From IMG/VR virus record IMGVR_UViG_3300029915_000005: a stretch of 64,000 nucleotides of DNA. The stretch is one strand, 5' to 3'. Below the pieces are notes generated by a model, which saw only the letters and a program-made list of their open reading frames with translations, did no database searches and had not been told where the DNA came from. The stretch comes from a virus. This document shows, one piece after another, positions 49,994 to 59,109 of the stretch. Positions within the stretch are counted from its first letter, which is position 1. Each line of letters starts with the position of its first letter. The translations under genes and the position numbers were made by a program.

Positions 49994-51336
49994 TAGATTA
50001 TTAATCTCCAGTTTTCAGCAGTATAGGGACCGTTCCATCCATTCACCCATGCATTTCCATTCCATTGAATTTGAGAACTGGTATTATTGTCGTATACAAA
50101 CTGAATATTTCCAATATTGTTATTGGCAGAAAAGGTAGTGATCCATGAATTTCCATTATAACTTATAATATCATTGACTTTTGCAGATGCGTTACTATTT
50201 ACAGTATTATATGGCCAATTTGTCCCAATATCACTAGTTAGTAAATAACTTTGGCCAATGTTAGCATTGGGCAATCCAATATTTGGTGCTTCACTTTCAG
50301 GATTTATAATTGCAGTAATTGCTGGCAAAGTGTTTATTGGCAAAGTTGCTATATTGGCGTTGAAAAGAACAATTGTAGAATCAGAAGGATTAACAGTTAT
50401 GGTTCCAATAATTTCATTTGTGTCTCCAGCATAAGTTAACCCAATTTCTGATACCCCTTGTCTAATATTTCCATAAACTCCAAGAATTCCATTCCAATCC
50501 AACGGCTGTCCGTAGACTCCAGCCACATTGGATGAATTGACTCCTTGATTAAGAATTCTTATTTGATTATTATTTACAAACAGTCCATAATTATTGTATG
50601 TTACTACTTGTCTAGTTCCATATACAATATCATTAATTCCTGCCAATTCGCCAATATTGGAAATAACTTTGAATATAACTCCCATTTTACTAACATGAGC
50701 AGGGAGAGTTAACCAAATAGGAGATTCAAATTGTAACGTACTTATATCATAAGAAGTGTCATTTCCTTGACCAACTGGAATAGTTCTATTTGACCAAGTG
50801 GTATCGTTTAATTCCAAATAACTTAAACTTTCCCAATCTTCATAATTGTCAGTTTTTTGAATTTCTATTGATGGGTTAAATAATGGCAATATTTGTTCTA
50901 AAATTTGTAATTTTTGTTGTGTATTGCTAGTAACAATGTCGAGACGCACTTCTAATTTATATGGAACAGGCATGAATTTTTTAACTGTGTAAGCATTTCC
51001 TTGAGCAGGAAGATAAGTTCCGCAAGCAGGAGAAAATACTCTAGTTCTCACTGTAGATGAATCTACATATGTTGGGGTTTGAGTTCTTGGTCTGTCAAAT
51101 TTTAGATTATTAATGTATATGGAAATCATCGGGATACTAGGTAAAATATTCTCGCTGTTTAATCTTTGAATTGTCGCTGCTTGTATAGAGCCATCTCCCC
51201 ATATAACAGGAACAGATGAATATAATTGATTTCCAGATGCATCCAATCCATATTGCACTTGGAATTCGCTGAATACTCGCATAATCTGCAAAATCCATTT
51301 TCTTATTTGGGCTGAATATTGAAAAGTTTGTGCCAT
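49993..51336 (-). CDS. gp15: Tail terminator / sheath stabiliser gp15 with C-terminal extension
   Basis: YSAQIRK, VPVIWGD, PVPYKL, QKLQILEQILPLFNPS. Confidence 0.85.
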   Translation of the reverse strand: MAQTFQYSAQIRKWILQIMRVFSEFQVQYGLDASGNQLYSSVPVIWGDGSIQAATIQRLNSENILPSIPMISIYINNLKFDRPRTQTPTYVDSSTVRTRVFSPACGTYLPAQGNAYTVKKFMPVPYKLEVRLDIVTSNTQQKLQILEQILPLFNPSIEIQKTDNYEDWESLSYLELNDTTWSNRTIPVGQGNDTSYDISTLQFESPIWLTLPAHVSKMGVIFKVISNIGELAGINDIVYGTRQVVTYNNYGLFVNNNQIRILNQGVNSSNVAGVYGQPLDWNGILGVYGNIRQGVSEIGLTYAGDTNEIIGTITVNPSDSTIVLFNANIATLPINTLPAITAIINPESEAPNIGLPNANIGQSYLLTSDIGTNWPYNTVNSNASAKVNDIISYNGNSWITTFSANNNIGNIQFVYDNNTSSQIQWNGNAWVNGWNGPYTAENWRLII

Positions 51337-51348
51337 TATTCCTCAAAT

Positions 51349-52821
51349 TTATATAGATATATCATTTGTCATGGTAGTTGAAGCTAAAAATTGATTAAGT
51401 ATTGGTTGATAAACAAAAGATTGGCTGCTAAATGTATTGGGATTTGCGGTAGCTGCATTGGAAGAAATTTCCCCTGCTCCAATAAAATTTGTCGGCCAAT
51501 TAAATGAATGTTGACCTATACTATCTTGAATAATTATAAATGTAAATTCTCTTGGGCATGGATTAATGATTATTGCGTTTGCATCTCCAGTTAGTGTTAT
51601 GACTTGTATCGATCCAAGAGTTAAGTCAAAAATTGGATTGGGATAGTAGGGTACAATATTTTCCATTGAAATGTCTCCGTCTTCTGGATAATTTTTCCCA
51701 ATATTGAAAAGACTGTCCAAAGATTGTAAGATTGGTTCTGATATATTAGAGTTATTAACAAAAGTATTTGAATTATTTATAAATGTATCTTTTTGAGTTT
51801 TTCCTTTTCCTGGAGTTAATTGAGTCCTAACATCTTTATTTACAAATTGCCACATACTTCCATTCCATCTAAATAGTCTCGCTGGAAAATAATCTTGGCG
51901 AAGAATATATTGTCCAACAGTTGGCGACGGAGGAAATTCAGTAGCTGGGTAAACTGAATAACCATCAATTGCTTCTCCATTTCCCACCAAATAACCAGTA
52001 AATTTTTGTTCAGGACTTGACCCTAATGGCGCTGGACCATTTTTGGGATTTCCGCCAATATATAATGGTGCCCATAATGGATTGGTATCATAACCTGACT
52101 CAGGAACTTCGTGCTCTGCTTGTTTTATAATGGCAACATCCATAGTTTCATATGTATTTATTGAACTACTAATATTACCATAAGTAGTAGTATTTCCATT
52201 TATTAACACTGGACTTCCATTCACTCCAATAACTGTTTGGTTTAAAATATCTGCATATTCTTGAGAATCTACCATTGGAATACATTTAACTCTCCAAAGA
52301 TGAGGCCACCAATCCCAGCCGTACCCCAATGCACTTTTGGTAGCATCTTGAATTACATAATATCTTTTTAATGCTACTGGTACAGTTTCGTCGAGGCTAT
52401 AAAATTCTTTAAGATTGGGAAGTTCCAAAACATCCCCAGACATTAACTTTCTTCCAATAGTATTAACCATTTCATTGAGATGAAAAGTAATAAATAATGT
52501 TCCAGAAGAAATCATCAATCCCCATTGGCTCAAATCTAAATCCAATTCAGAGATAGAATAATGGCATCTCAAACGAAATATATCTTGTCTATATTTTCTA
52601 TCTCTATTTTCAAGAAACAGCACATCTTGAATATTCTGAGCACTCAAATTTGGATAGTTAGGTTGAGTTGCATCGTTTGTAACATTGGGATTTTCTGCAC
52701 CAAGGTATAAATGAATATAAGAATCCACTCCACCAACAGTGAATTGTTCATTAATTTGTCTATCTAGCCACTTTGAATCAGTGCCATATTTTTCATTTTT
52801 CCAACCACTGATTCTTGACAT
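51349..52821 (-). CDS. gp14: Neck protein gp14 with C-terminal extension
   Basis: IQDVLFLENRDRKY, DLSQWGL, GDVLELP, WWPHLWRVK. Confidence 0.8.
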   Translation of the reverse strand: MSRISGWKNEKYGTDSKWLDRQINEQFTVGGVDSYIHLYLGAENPNVTNDATQPNYPNLSAQNIQDVLFLENRDRKYRQDIFRLRCHYSISELDLDLSQWGLMISSGTLFITFHLNEMVNTIGRKLMSGDVLELPNLKEFYSLDETVPVALKRYYVIQDATKSALGYGWDWWPHLWRVKCIPMVDSQEYADILNQTVIGVNGSPVLINGNTTTYGNISSSINTYETMDVAIIKQAEHEVPESGYDTNPLWAPLYIGGNPKNGPAPLGSSPEQKFTGYLVGNGEAIDGYSVYPATEFPPSPTVGQYILRQDYFPARLFRWNGSMWQFVNKDVRTQLTPGKGKTQKDTFINNSNTFVNNSNISEPILQSLDSLFNIGKNYPEDGDISMENIVPYYPNPIFDLTLGSIQVITLTGDANAIIINPCPREFTFIIIQDSIGQHSFNWPTNFIGAGEISSNAATANPNTFSSQSFVYQPILNQFLASTTMTNDISI

Positions 52822-52822
52822 A

Positions 52823-53980
52823 TTATATTACCTCTATCGTATTTATGGATTTATTTGAAATATATTGTAGTATATCATTTTTGATTTCTTCTTTTTTAGA
52901 ATTCCAGTCCAATTCCCATATGATCATTAAATCAATTTCTTTTTCTTTGCACAATTTTGATTTTCGCGCATCTCTTTCCCATATTTTTTGAGCACTTCCC
53001 TTGCATTTATTAATATCGTGTTCATTATATTTTCTAGGGTCCATGTGCCAATAAGTTCCTTGAAATTCAATAGCGAAATTTATATTGGGACAGTAAAAAT
53101 CAAGTTCAAATTTTTTTAAGGGTTTCCAAGTATTTGATACAAATTGTATATTATTTTCATTTAAAAAATTGGAAAGCTCAAGCTCATAACTTGAAGTCCC
53201 AGTATCTGTTATAATATTTAAATTATATCGTTTATGATAATTGTAAATAGTTACTGGAGTACATCCTAATATTTTTGATAATTTAATAACTCCATATTTT
53301 ATTAGCATTTTAGTAAAAACATCTTTATTTTCAAGTATTTTAATAGTTTCTTGAGAGAAATGTTTTTGAGCATAAAAAGAAACTCCATTATTTTCTATAC
53401 AAGTATCAATTTTTTGTTGTTTAACTTTTGGATTTTTAGATGGATTATCATAACCAGAATTTTTCATACAGGTATTTTTGATAATTTTTTGAACTTTTTC
53501 TTCTCTCATGGGATGGCCACTAACATAGTTTTTTATAAATGTTTCTTTTATTCGAGTTTTGATAATAGAAGATTTTGATGGATTATTGACTCCCCAATTT
53601 TTAATAAACTTTTGTTTATTTTCTTCTTTAATTTTTTCTGATTTTCCAGGATTATCTGTTCCATATTTTTCTAAACAGGTTTCTTTAGTTCTATATTGAA
53701 TACATTTACAGCCACGTTTACAGCTAAATTTATGTGTCGATGGCCTGTATTTTTGTTTATTTCCATATGAACAAATTAATTCAAAATTAGGATTTAAAAT
53801 TAAAAAAATTTTTGATCCCAAAGAATCATTAAAATTAGAATATAAATTATTAATTTCGTCATTTATCCATTTTAATAAATCTTTATGATCATTGTTTCTA
53901 ATTAAATTAATAAAATATGGAGATTCCTTTTTTAATTTTAAAATTTCTCCAACAGCATTTTCACGAGTATAAATATTCAT
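52823..53980 (-). CDS. Putative homing endonuclease (repeat plus ELDFY..EFQG family)
   Basis: Start MNIYTRE after GGAG; TCLEKYGTDNP repeats; SSYELE..ELDFY..AIEFQGTYWH. Confidence 0.8.
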   Translation of the reverse strand: MNIYTRENAVGEILKLKKESPYFINLIRNNDHKDLLKWINDEINNLYSNFNDSLGSKIFLILNPNFELICSYGNKQKYRPSTHKFSCKRGCKCIQYRTKETCLEKYGTDNPGKSEKIKEENKQKFIKNWGVNNPSKSSIIKTRIKETFIKNYVSGHPMREEKVQKIIKNTCMKNSGYDNPSKNPKVKQQKIDTCIENNGVSFYAQKHFSQETIKILENKDVFTKMLIKYGVIKLSKILGCTPVTIYNYHKRYNLNIITDTGTSSYELELSNFLNENNIQFVSNTWKPLKKFELDFYCPNINFAIEFQGTYWHMDPRKYNEHDINKCKGSAQKIWERDARKSKLCKEKEIDLMIIWELDWNSKKEEIKNDILQYISNKSINTIEVI

Positions 53981-54054
53981 AAGCTGATACTTCTCCATAC
54001 ACAGTATTAGAGTAGTCGAGGACCCCTATTCCTGTGGTCTGCATTAGTATTTAT
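53969..54054 (-). ncRNA. Structured leader element, copy C
   Basis: ATAAATA-ctaat-GCAG-ACCAC-AGGA(atagggg)TCCT-CGA-CTAC-TCTAA-TACT(gtgtatggaga)AGTA-TCAGC-tt-ATG-aa-TATTTAT. Confidence 0.7.
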
Positions 54055-54075
54055 GGATTTTAAATAAATACTTAT

Positions 54076-54704
54076 ATGATTATTAATGAGATAATAAAAC
54101 ATGGATTAATAAATCCTGGTGATATTTCGAGAATACACGAATCTAAAAGATTTGTGGGAGTTTCTAAATATATTCAAAATCATTGCTCTGATATTCTAAA
54201 AATATATAGAGAAACAGACAATTATTTATTTCGTGGATGGGCAGGTGATAAGCCATCAATTTTTATGGGCAATCCAAGAATAGATAGACAGCCAAAAGAT
54301 GTAGCTTATAACATTCAAGTAGGAGTCGATGAAAAATTAAAAGATGCAGGATTTACTGCATTAAGAAGCAATAGTATTTTTTGTACTTGTGAAAGAAATC
54401 ACGCTGGAAAGTATGGAGCTGTATATGTGATTTTTCCAATTAATGGATTTAATTATACATGGGCTCTTGGATTATATGATTTATATATGAAGAAATATAT
54501 TGTCAAAGGGACTCTTGACTTTACTCCAAAACAGTTTGTTAAACAGTGGAATTTTAAAAAACGGGAATAGAAACATTATTAAAAAATCATATTGGAATTG
54601 AAATTTATATCAATGGGCCATATATTGCAGTTGAAAGAGATTTTCTCTATGGAAAGCCAGATACCACGAAACCATTATTTGATATTTTAGGATTGAAAAT
54701 ATGA
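54076..54704 (+). pseudogene. ADP-ribosyltransferase-like paralog, 1-nt frameshift at A6 run 54556-54561
   Basis: YLFRG..ALRSNSIFCT; shifted frame gives GIEIYINGPYIAV and ends in an ATGA overlap with the next gene. Confidence 0.65.
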
Positions 54705-55378
54705 TAATATCAGAAGTTATAAATCATGAAAAATTAACACCTGGTCAAGAGCAATGGATGTTAAGCACGCAGCGAAAAGAACTCGCAGAGTTTATGAAGA
54801 AGAATTGCTCAAATATTATTGAAACATATAATTATGAAAATAGATATTTGTATCACGGTATGCGGAGCACACATTCACATATTTTTATGGCTCAAACCAG
54901 AGAAGATAGGCTCCCAAGGGATACTCCAGAATATGTGCAAATTAAACTAGATAAAATACTGGCTTCTCAAGGATTTACTGCATTAAGAAGCAATAGTATT
55001 TTTTGTACTTCTGATTTTAAGTTTGTGCATGATTACGGTTCTCCTTTTATGATTTTTCCAATCAATGGTTTCACTTATACTTGGAATACTACTGCCAAAG
55101 ACTTGTTTCAAAGATATGAATTACGATATGATTCTTCATTGTTGACTACAGAGATGAATAAACCAGATTTAGATCCCAAAAAATTTATCAGCGATTTCAA
55201 TTTTAAAAATAATGAAGGATTATTAACAGCGTTAAGAAAAGAAAATGAAGTTTGTATTCATGGATCATATATAGGTATAGAGTGTGAATCAAATATAATT
55301 CAGATAATGTTACCTATATTGGGATTAAACCATCCTAATTTGGAAGACTATTATGGTCATTATGAAAGAAAGAGATAA
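54701..55378 (+). CDS. ADP-ribosyltransferase-like paralog
   Basis: YLYHG..ALRSNSIFCTS..YG..IFPINGF..NEVCIHG. Confidence 0.55.
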   Translation: MIISEVINHEKLTPGQEQWMLSTQRKELAEFMKKNCSNIIETYNYENRYLYHGMRSTHSHIFMAQTREDRLPRDTPEYVQIKLDKILASQGFTALRSNSIFCTSDFKFVHDYGSPFMIFPINGFTYTWNTTAKDLFQRYELRYDSSLLTTEMNKPDLDPKKFISDFNFKNNEGLLTALRKENEVCIHGSYIGIECESNIIQIMLPILGLNHPNLEDYYGHYERKR

Positions 55379-55399
55379 AAACTTTTTAAGGAATGAGTA

Positions 55400-56110
55400 A
55401 TGAAACTTTTTGAAATCATAAATTACGAAGAATTAAAATCAGGTCAGATTCAGCGCATACTTGGTCAAAAGAGTAAATCTATTTCCAACTTTATTGAGAA
55501 TCATTGTTCTCAAATTTTAGATATATATTGGAAAGAACAAAAATATTTATATCGTGGTGTAAACTTAATTAGCACGTCACAATTTATGCTGGGAAATTCA
55601 AGAGATAACAGATCACCGAAAGATACACCAAAAGAAGTCCAATTATTAATTGATAAAAGATTGCAAGAAGCAGGATTTGAGGCCCGAAGATCAAACAGTA
55701 TTTTTTGCACTTCAAATTTATATACAGCAGAGGCATATGCAATACCATTGAGAAATGTTTTTATAATTTTTCCAATTAATGGATTTTCATTTACATATAA
55801 TTCAATGGCTAGGGATTTGTATACATATTATGGTTTAAAAAGACAATTAGATAGAACTGATTCAGTGTCTTCTTTTATGAGAGAACTAAACGATGATTCT
55901 ATTTCTTCAGATATTTTTTGCAGTAAATATGGATTTGAAAAAACTAACTTGGGATATGGTATTAGTAACTTGAGAGAAATATATATTAATGGAAAATATG
56001 TTGCTATTAAAATTAAAACAAAATTATTAGATCATGTTTTGGAAGATTTAAATCTATCAGAAAAAACAAAAGTTAACATAGATCAAGATGGTGTAGTAGC
56101 AGGAGAATAA
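55400..56110 (+). CDS. ADP-ribosyltransferase-like paralog
   Basis: YLYRG..RSNSIFCTS..A.AY..IFPINGF..REIYING. Confidence 0.55.
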   Translation: MKLFEIINYEELKSGQIQRILGQKSKSISNFIENHCSQILDIYWKEQKYLYRGVNLISTSQFMLGNSRDNRSPKDTPKEVQLLIDKRLQEAGFEARRSNSIFCTSNLYTAEAYAIPLRNVFIIFPINGFSFTYNSMARDLYTYYGLKRQLDRTDSVSSFMRELNDDSISSDIFCSKYGFEKTNLGYGISNLREIYINGKYVAIKIKTKLLDHVLEDLNLSEKTKVNIDQDGVVAGE

Positions 56111-56111
56111 A

Positions 56112-56882
56112 ATGTCTGAAGAAATAGAAGTAGTAGATATAAAAAAATTACGAGATAAAGTATTTGATTATGTATTGAATAGATTAGGTCAAGGTATGAT
56201 TGACGTTGAACTTGATCCTGTCCATTTACAAAATGCTTTAGATCGAGCCATCGAAGTTTTTCGTACTCGAAGCAGTGCTGCTGTTGAAGAATCTTTTGCA
56301 TTTTTAACAACTCAAAGAAATGTGCAAATTTATACTCTCCCAGAAGAAACAGAAACAGTGTTAAAAATATGGCGCAGGTCTTTGGGAGATTTGGGAAATG
56401 GCGGAAGTCAATTTGATCCATTTTCTCAAGGGTATCTGAATGTATACATTCTAAATGCTGGCAGAAGCGGGGGATTATTGTCGTATGAATTATTTTCAGA
56501 TTTCCAATTTCAAGTTGATCGTATGTTTGGTGGACAGATAGATTTCAATTTTAACTCAGTAACTAAAAAGTTAACATTAGTTAGAAGACCAGAAGGAAGT
56601 GGCGAGCATCTATTACTTCAGATTTATGTAAAAAAACCAGAATGCCAGTTACTTTCTGATTATAAGTCATTAACTTTTCTTAAAGATTATGTTCTTGCTC
56701 TTTCTAAGATAACTCTCGGTGAAGCAAGAGAGAAATTTGGAACAATTCCAGGTCCATCTGGAGGGACAAATTTAAATGGCGCTGCATTAAAGACAGAAGG
56801 TCAAGCTATGATCGATAAACTTCACGAAAATATTCAAAATTATCAATATGGCGAAATTCCACTCGGACTTCTTATAGGTTAA
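56112..56882 (+). CDS. gp13: Neck protein gp13
   Basis: LGQGMIDVELD, KDYVLA..K..LGEAREKF..GP.GGT.LNG. Confidence 0.85.
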   Translation: MSEEIEVVDIKKLRDKVFDYVLNRLGQGMIDVELDPVHLQNALDRAIEVFRTRSSAAVEESFAFLTTQRNVQIYTLPEETETVLKIWRRSLGDLGNGGSQFDPFSQGYLNVYILNAGRSGGLLSYELFSDFQFQVDRMFGGQIDFNFNSVTKKLTLVRRPEGSGEHLLLQIYVKKPECQLLSDYKSLTFLKDYVLALSKITLGEAREKFGTIPGPSGGTNLNGAALKTEGQAMIDKLHENIQNYQYGEIPLGLLIG

Positions 56883-56932
56883 TTAAATAAAAGCTTGCTA
56901 ATTAGTAAGCTTTTATTTTATAATATTGATAT

Positions 56933-58210
56933 ATGAAATTAAAAGAAATATTAAAACAACTGGAAGAATTAAAATTAGAGTCCCCATATTATATCACTTT
57001 GATTAATCAAATGCCAAAATATTTGAAATTAAAAAATAGCATTAATAATGAATTCAAAAAGTTGTATCCAAATATAAAAGAAAAATCTCTTGTAGCTAAA
57101 ATTTTCGCCATTAGAAATCCAGAGATAAGTATAATTTGCCCATACACGCAAAAGAAAAAGAAATATAATTATTCCCAAAAAAGATATGTTTGTCCAAATA
57201 CTTGCCAATGTACCAAAGATTATACTATAGAAAGATGTATGACAAAACACGGAGTTACTTCAACTAATAAATTGGCTGTAACAAAAGAAAATAAAAAGAA
57301 TGCGTATATTAGATTATGGGGTGTTGATAATCCATCTAAAGTTCCAGAAATTCAAGAACAGAAAAAGATAACAAGTATTAAAAATTGGGGTTGTGAATTT
57401 CCATTACAATCAGAAGAAATAAAAGAGAAAGGAAGAAAAACTAATTTATCAATTCGTGGTGTGGAATATGGTATGCAGGACTCAGTAATTAGAGAGAAAG
57501 CCAGAAAAACTAATTTAAAAATTAGAGGAGTGGAATATCCTTCCCAAGATAAATCAGTAAAAGATAAGATTAAACAAACAAATTTAAAAAATTGGAATTA
57601 CGAAAATACTTCTAAATCTCCTCCAATAAAACAAAAGAAAATAGAAACATCATTGCGTAATTTTAATAGAGAATATGGAACACAACGTCATTTAACTTTG
57701 GAAGCTATTGATATTATCAATGATAAAGAAAAATTTGCGAAAGTTTTATTAAAATATGGGTCAAGTGGGGCAGTTGGTATATTGGGAATTAATCAATCAT
57801 CCATTAGTAGAATACATTCAAAATATGGTTTAGCTATATTAAAAAATCGATATAGTTCTTATGAAAATGAAATTGAAACTTGGTTAAATGATAATAATAT
57901 TGATTACCTAAGAAATGATAGAATTCAAATTGGACCAAAAGAATTAGATTTTTATTTTCCTAGACATAATGTAGCAGTAGAATTTCAAGGAGATTATTGG
58001 CATATGAATCCTTCTTTATATGAAGCTGATGATTTAAATGCTCAAACAAATAAACAAGCAAAAGATATATGGAAATATGATCAAGATAAATTTAATAAAT
58101 GTAAATCTAATGGTATTAAATTAATAATTATATGGGAATCTCAATGGGAAGATAATAAAGAGCAAATAAAAGAAAATATTCTTGCTATTCTCAAAGAAAA
58201 GGAGTTATAA
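56933..58210 (+). CDS. Putative homing endonuclease (same family as 32772/52823)
   Basis: KTNL.IRGVEY repeats; SSYENEI..KELDFY..AVEFQGDYWH. Confidence 0.8.
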   Translation: MKLKEILKQLEELKLESPYYITLINQMPKYLKLKNSINNEFKKLYPNIKEKSLVAKIFAIRNPEISIICPYTQKKKKYNYSQKRYVCPNTCQCTKDYTIERCMTKHGVTSTNKLAVTKENKKNAYIRLWGVDNPSKVPEIQEQKKITSIKNWGCEFPLQSEEIKEKGRKTNLSIRGVEYGMQDSVIREKARKTNLKIRGVEYPSQDKSVKDKIKQTNLKNWNYENTSKSPPIKQKKIETSLRNFNREYGTQRHLTLEAIDIINDKEKFAKVLLKYGSSGAVGILGINQSSISRIHSKYGLAILKNRYSSYENEIETWLNDNNIDYLRNDRIQIGPKELDFYFPRHNVAVEFQGDYWHMNPSLYEADDLNAQTNKQAKDIWKYDQDKFNKCKSNGIKLIIIWESQWEDNKEQIKENILAILKEKEL

Positions 58211-58216
58211 TAAAGT

Positions 58217-58480
58217 ATGATTAACAAAATTGAAGTAACCAGCGAACTAATAGATGAATTGCGAGCTAAAACAAAATTGGCAACCCCTGGATTTTGGTCT
58301 TGGGAAGACTCACCGCCAACTTTATACTCAAATAGAAATTATAATATGCATGGCATGAATCTTCTTGGTAGATTGGATTTGGATTGGAATGGAAAAAATA
58401 ACTTGGATTTTATAGCAGCAACAGGACCAGAAATTATTAATGCTTTATTGGATAAAATTGAGGAACTGGAAAATAAATGA
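58217..58480 (+). CDS. Ead/Ea22-like protein
   Basis: ATPG.W...NLDFIAA..P.II.ALLDKIEELE. Confidence 0.6.
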   Translation: MINKIEVTSELIDELRAKTKLATPGFWSWEDSPPTLYSNRNYNMHGMNLLGRLDLDWNGKNNLDFIAATGPEIINALLDKIEELENK

Positions 58481-59109
58481 AATCAACAGAAATAACAGAT
58501 TATTCTAAAACAGATCGATCATTATTCAATGAGTCATTTTTATTGGAGATGCCACAACTTCATGATCCAGCAGAATATTTTGATAATTTAAATATGGAAG
58601 TTCAAGAATATATAGCTGATAATATAACTCCAATAAATTTAGGTAATAATCTATATAAAATAGAATTGGAAACAATTGTTTTTTATTGGTTTGAAAAAAA
58701 TGGCTCTCCTTCAATAATTATCGAATTAGAAAAGACACCAAGAACTTTAGTCGTGAGATTATTGGGTAAAAAAGATAAAAAAAGTCCTTATGCAGTTGAT
58801 TTATATTTGGGAATTCTAAAAGATGTTGGAAAAAATATAACAATAATGAGTGATAATCAAATAACAGAAAAAGGATTTAATGTTTGGGAGAGACTATTTG
58901 CTGCTGGTCATAAGATTACAATTTATGACAAAAATTCTCCTGGTTCTACTTGGAAAACTGTAAAGTCATTGAAAGAATTTGGTGAGGAATATAAATATAG
59001 AACATACAGATATGTTTTAAGTGAATCTAAATTTGTAAATGAAACTCGCTCATATTTTAGATTGAGACAGATTAGAGAAGAAAACAAATCTGCATTGGAG
59101 GACTACTGA
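58477..59109 (+). CDS. Tagged protein, degenerate GNAT-like
   Basis: MKSTEI..LLEMP; YAVDLY..IMSDNQITEKGFNVWERL parallels 32056. Confidence 0.45.
   Translation: MKSTEITDYSKTDRSLFNESFLLEMPQLHDPAEYFDNLNMEVQEYIADNITPINLGNNLYKIELETIVFYWFEKNGSPSIIIELEKTPRTLVVRLLGKKDKKSPYAVDLYLGILKDVGKNITIMSDNQITEKGFNVWERLFAAGHKITIYDKNSPGSTWKTVKSLKEFGEEYKYRTYRYVLSESKFVNETRSYFRLRQIREENKSALEDY

Noticed and set aside
56933-56950. MKLKEI as a packaging tag on the endonuclease
   Set aside because: Its paralogs lack the tag and it follows a sigma70-like promoter; likely chance, which also shows the tag is low-information
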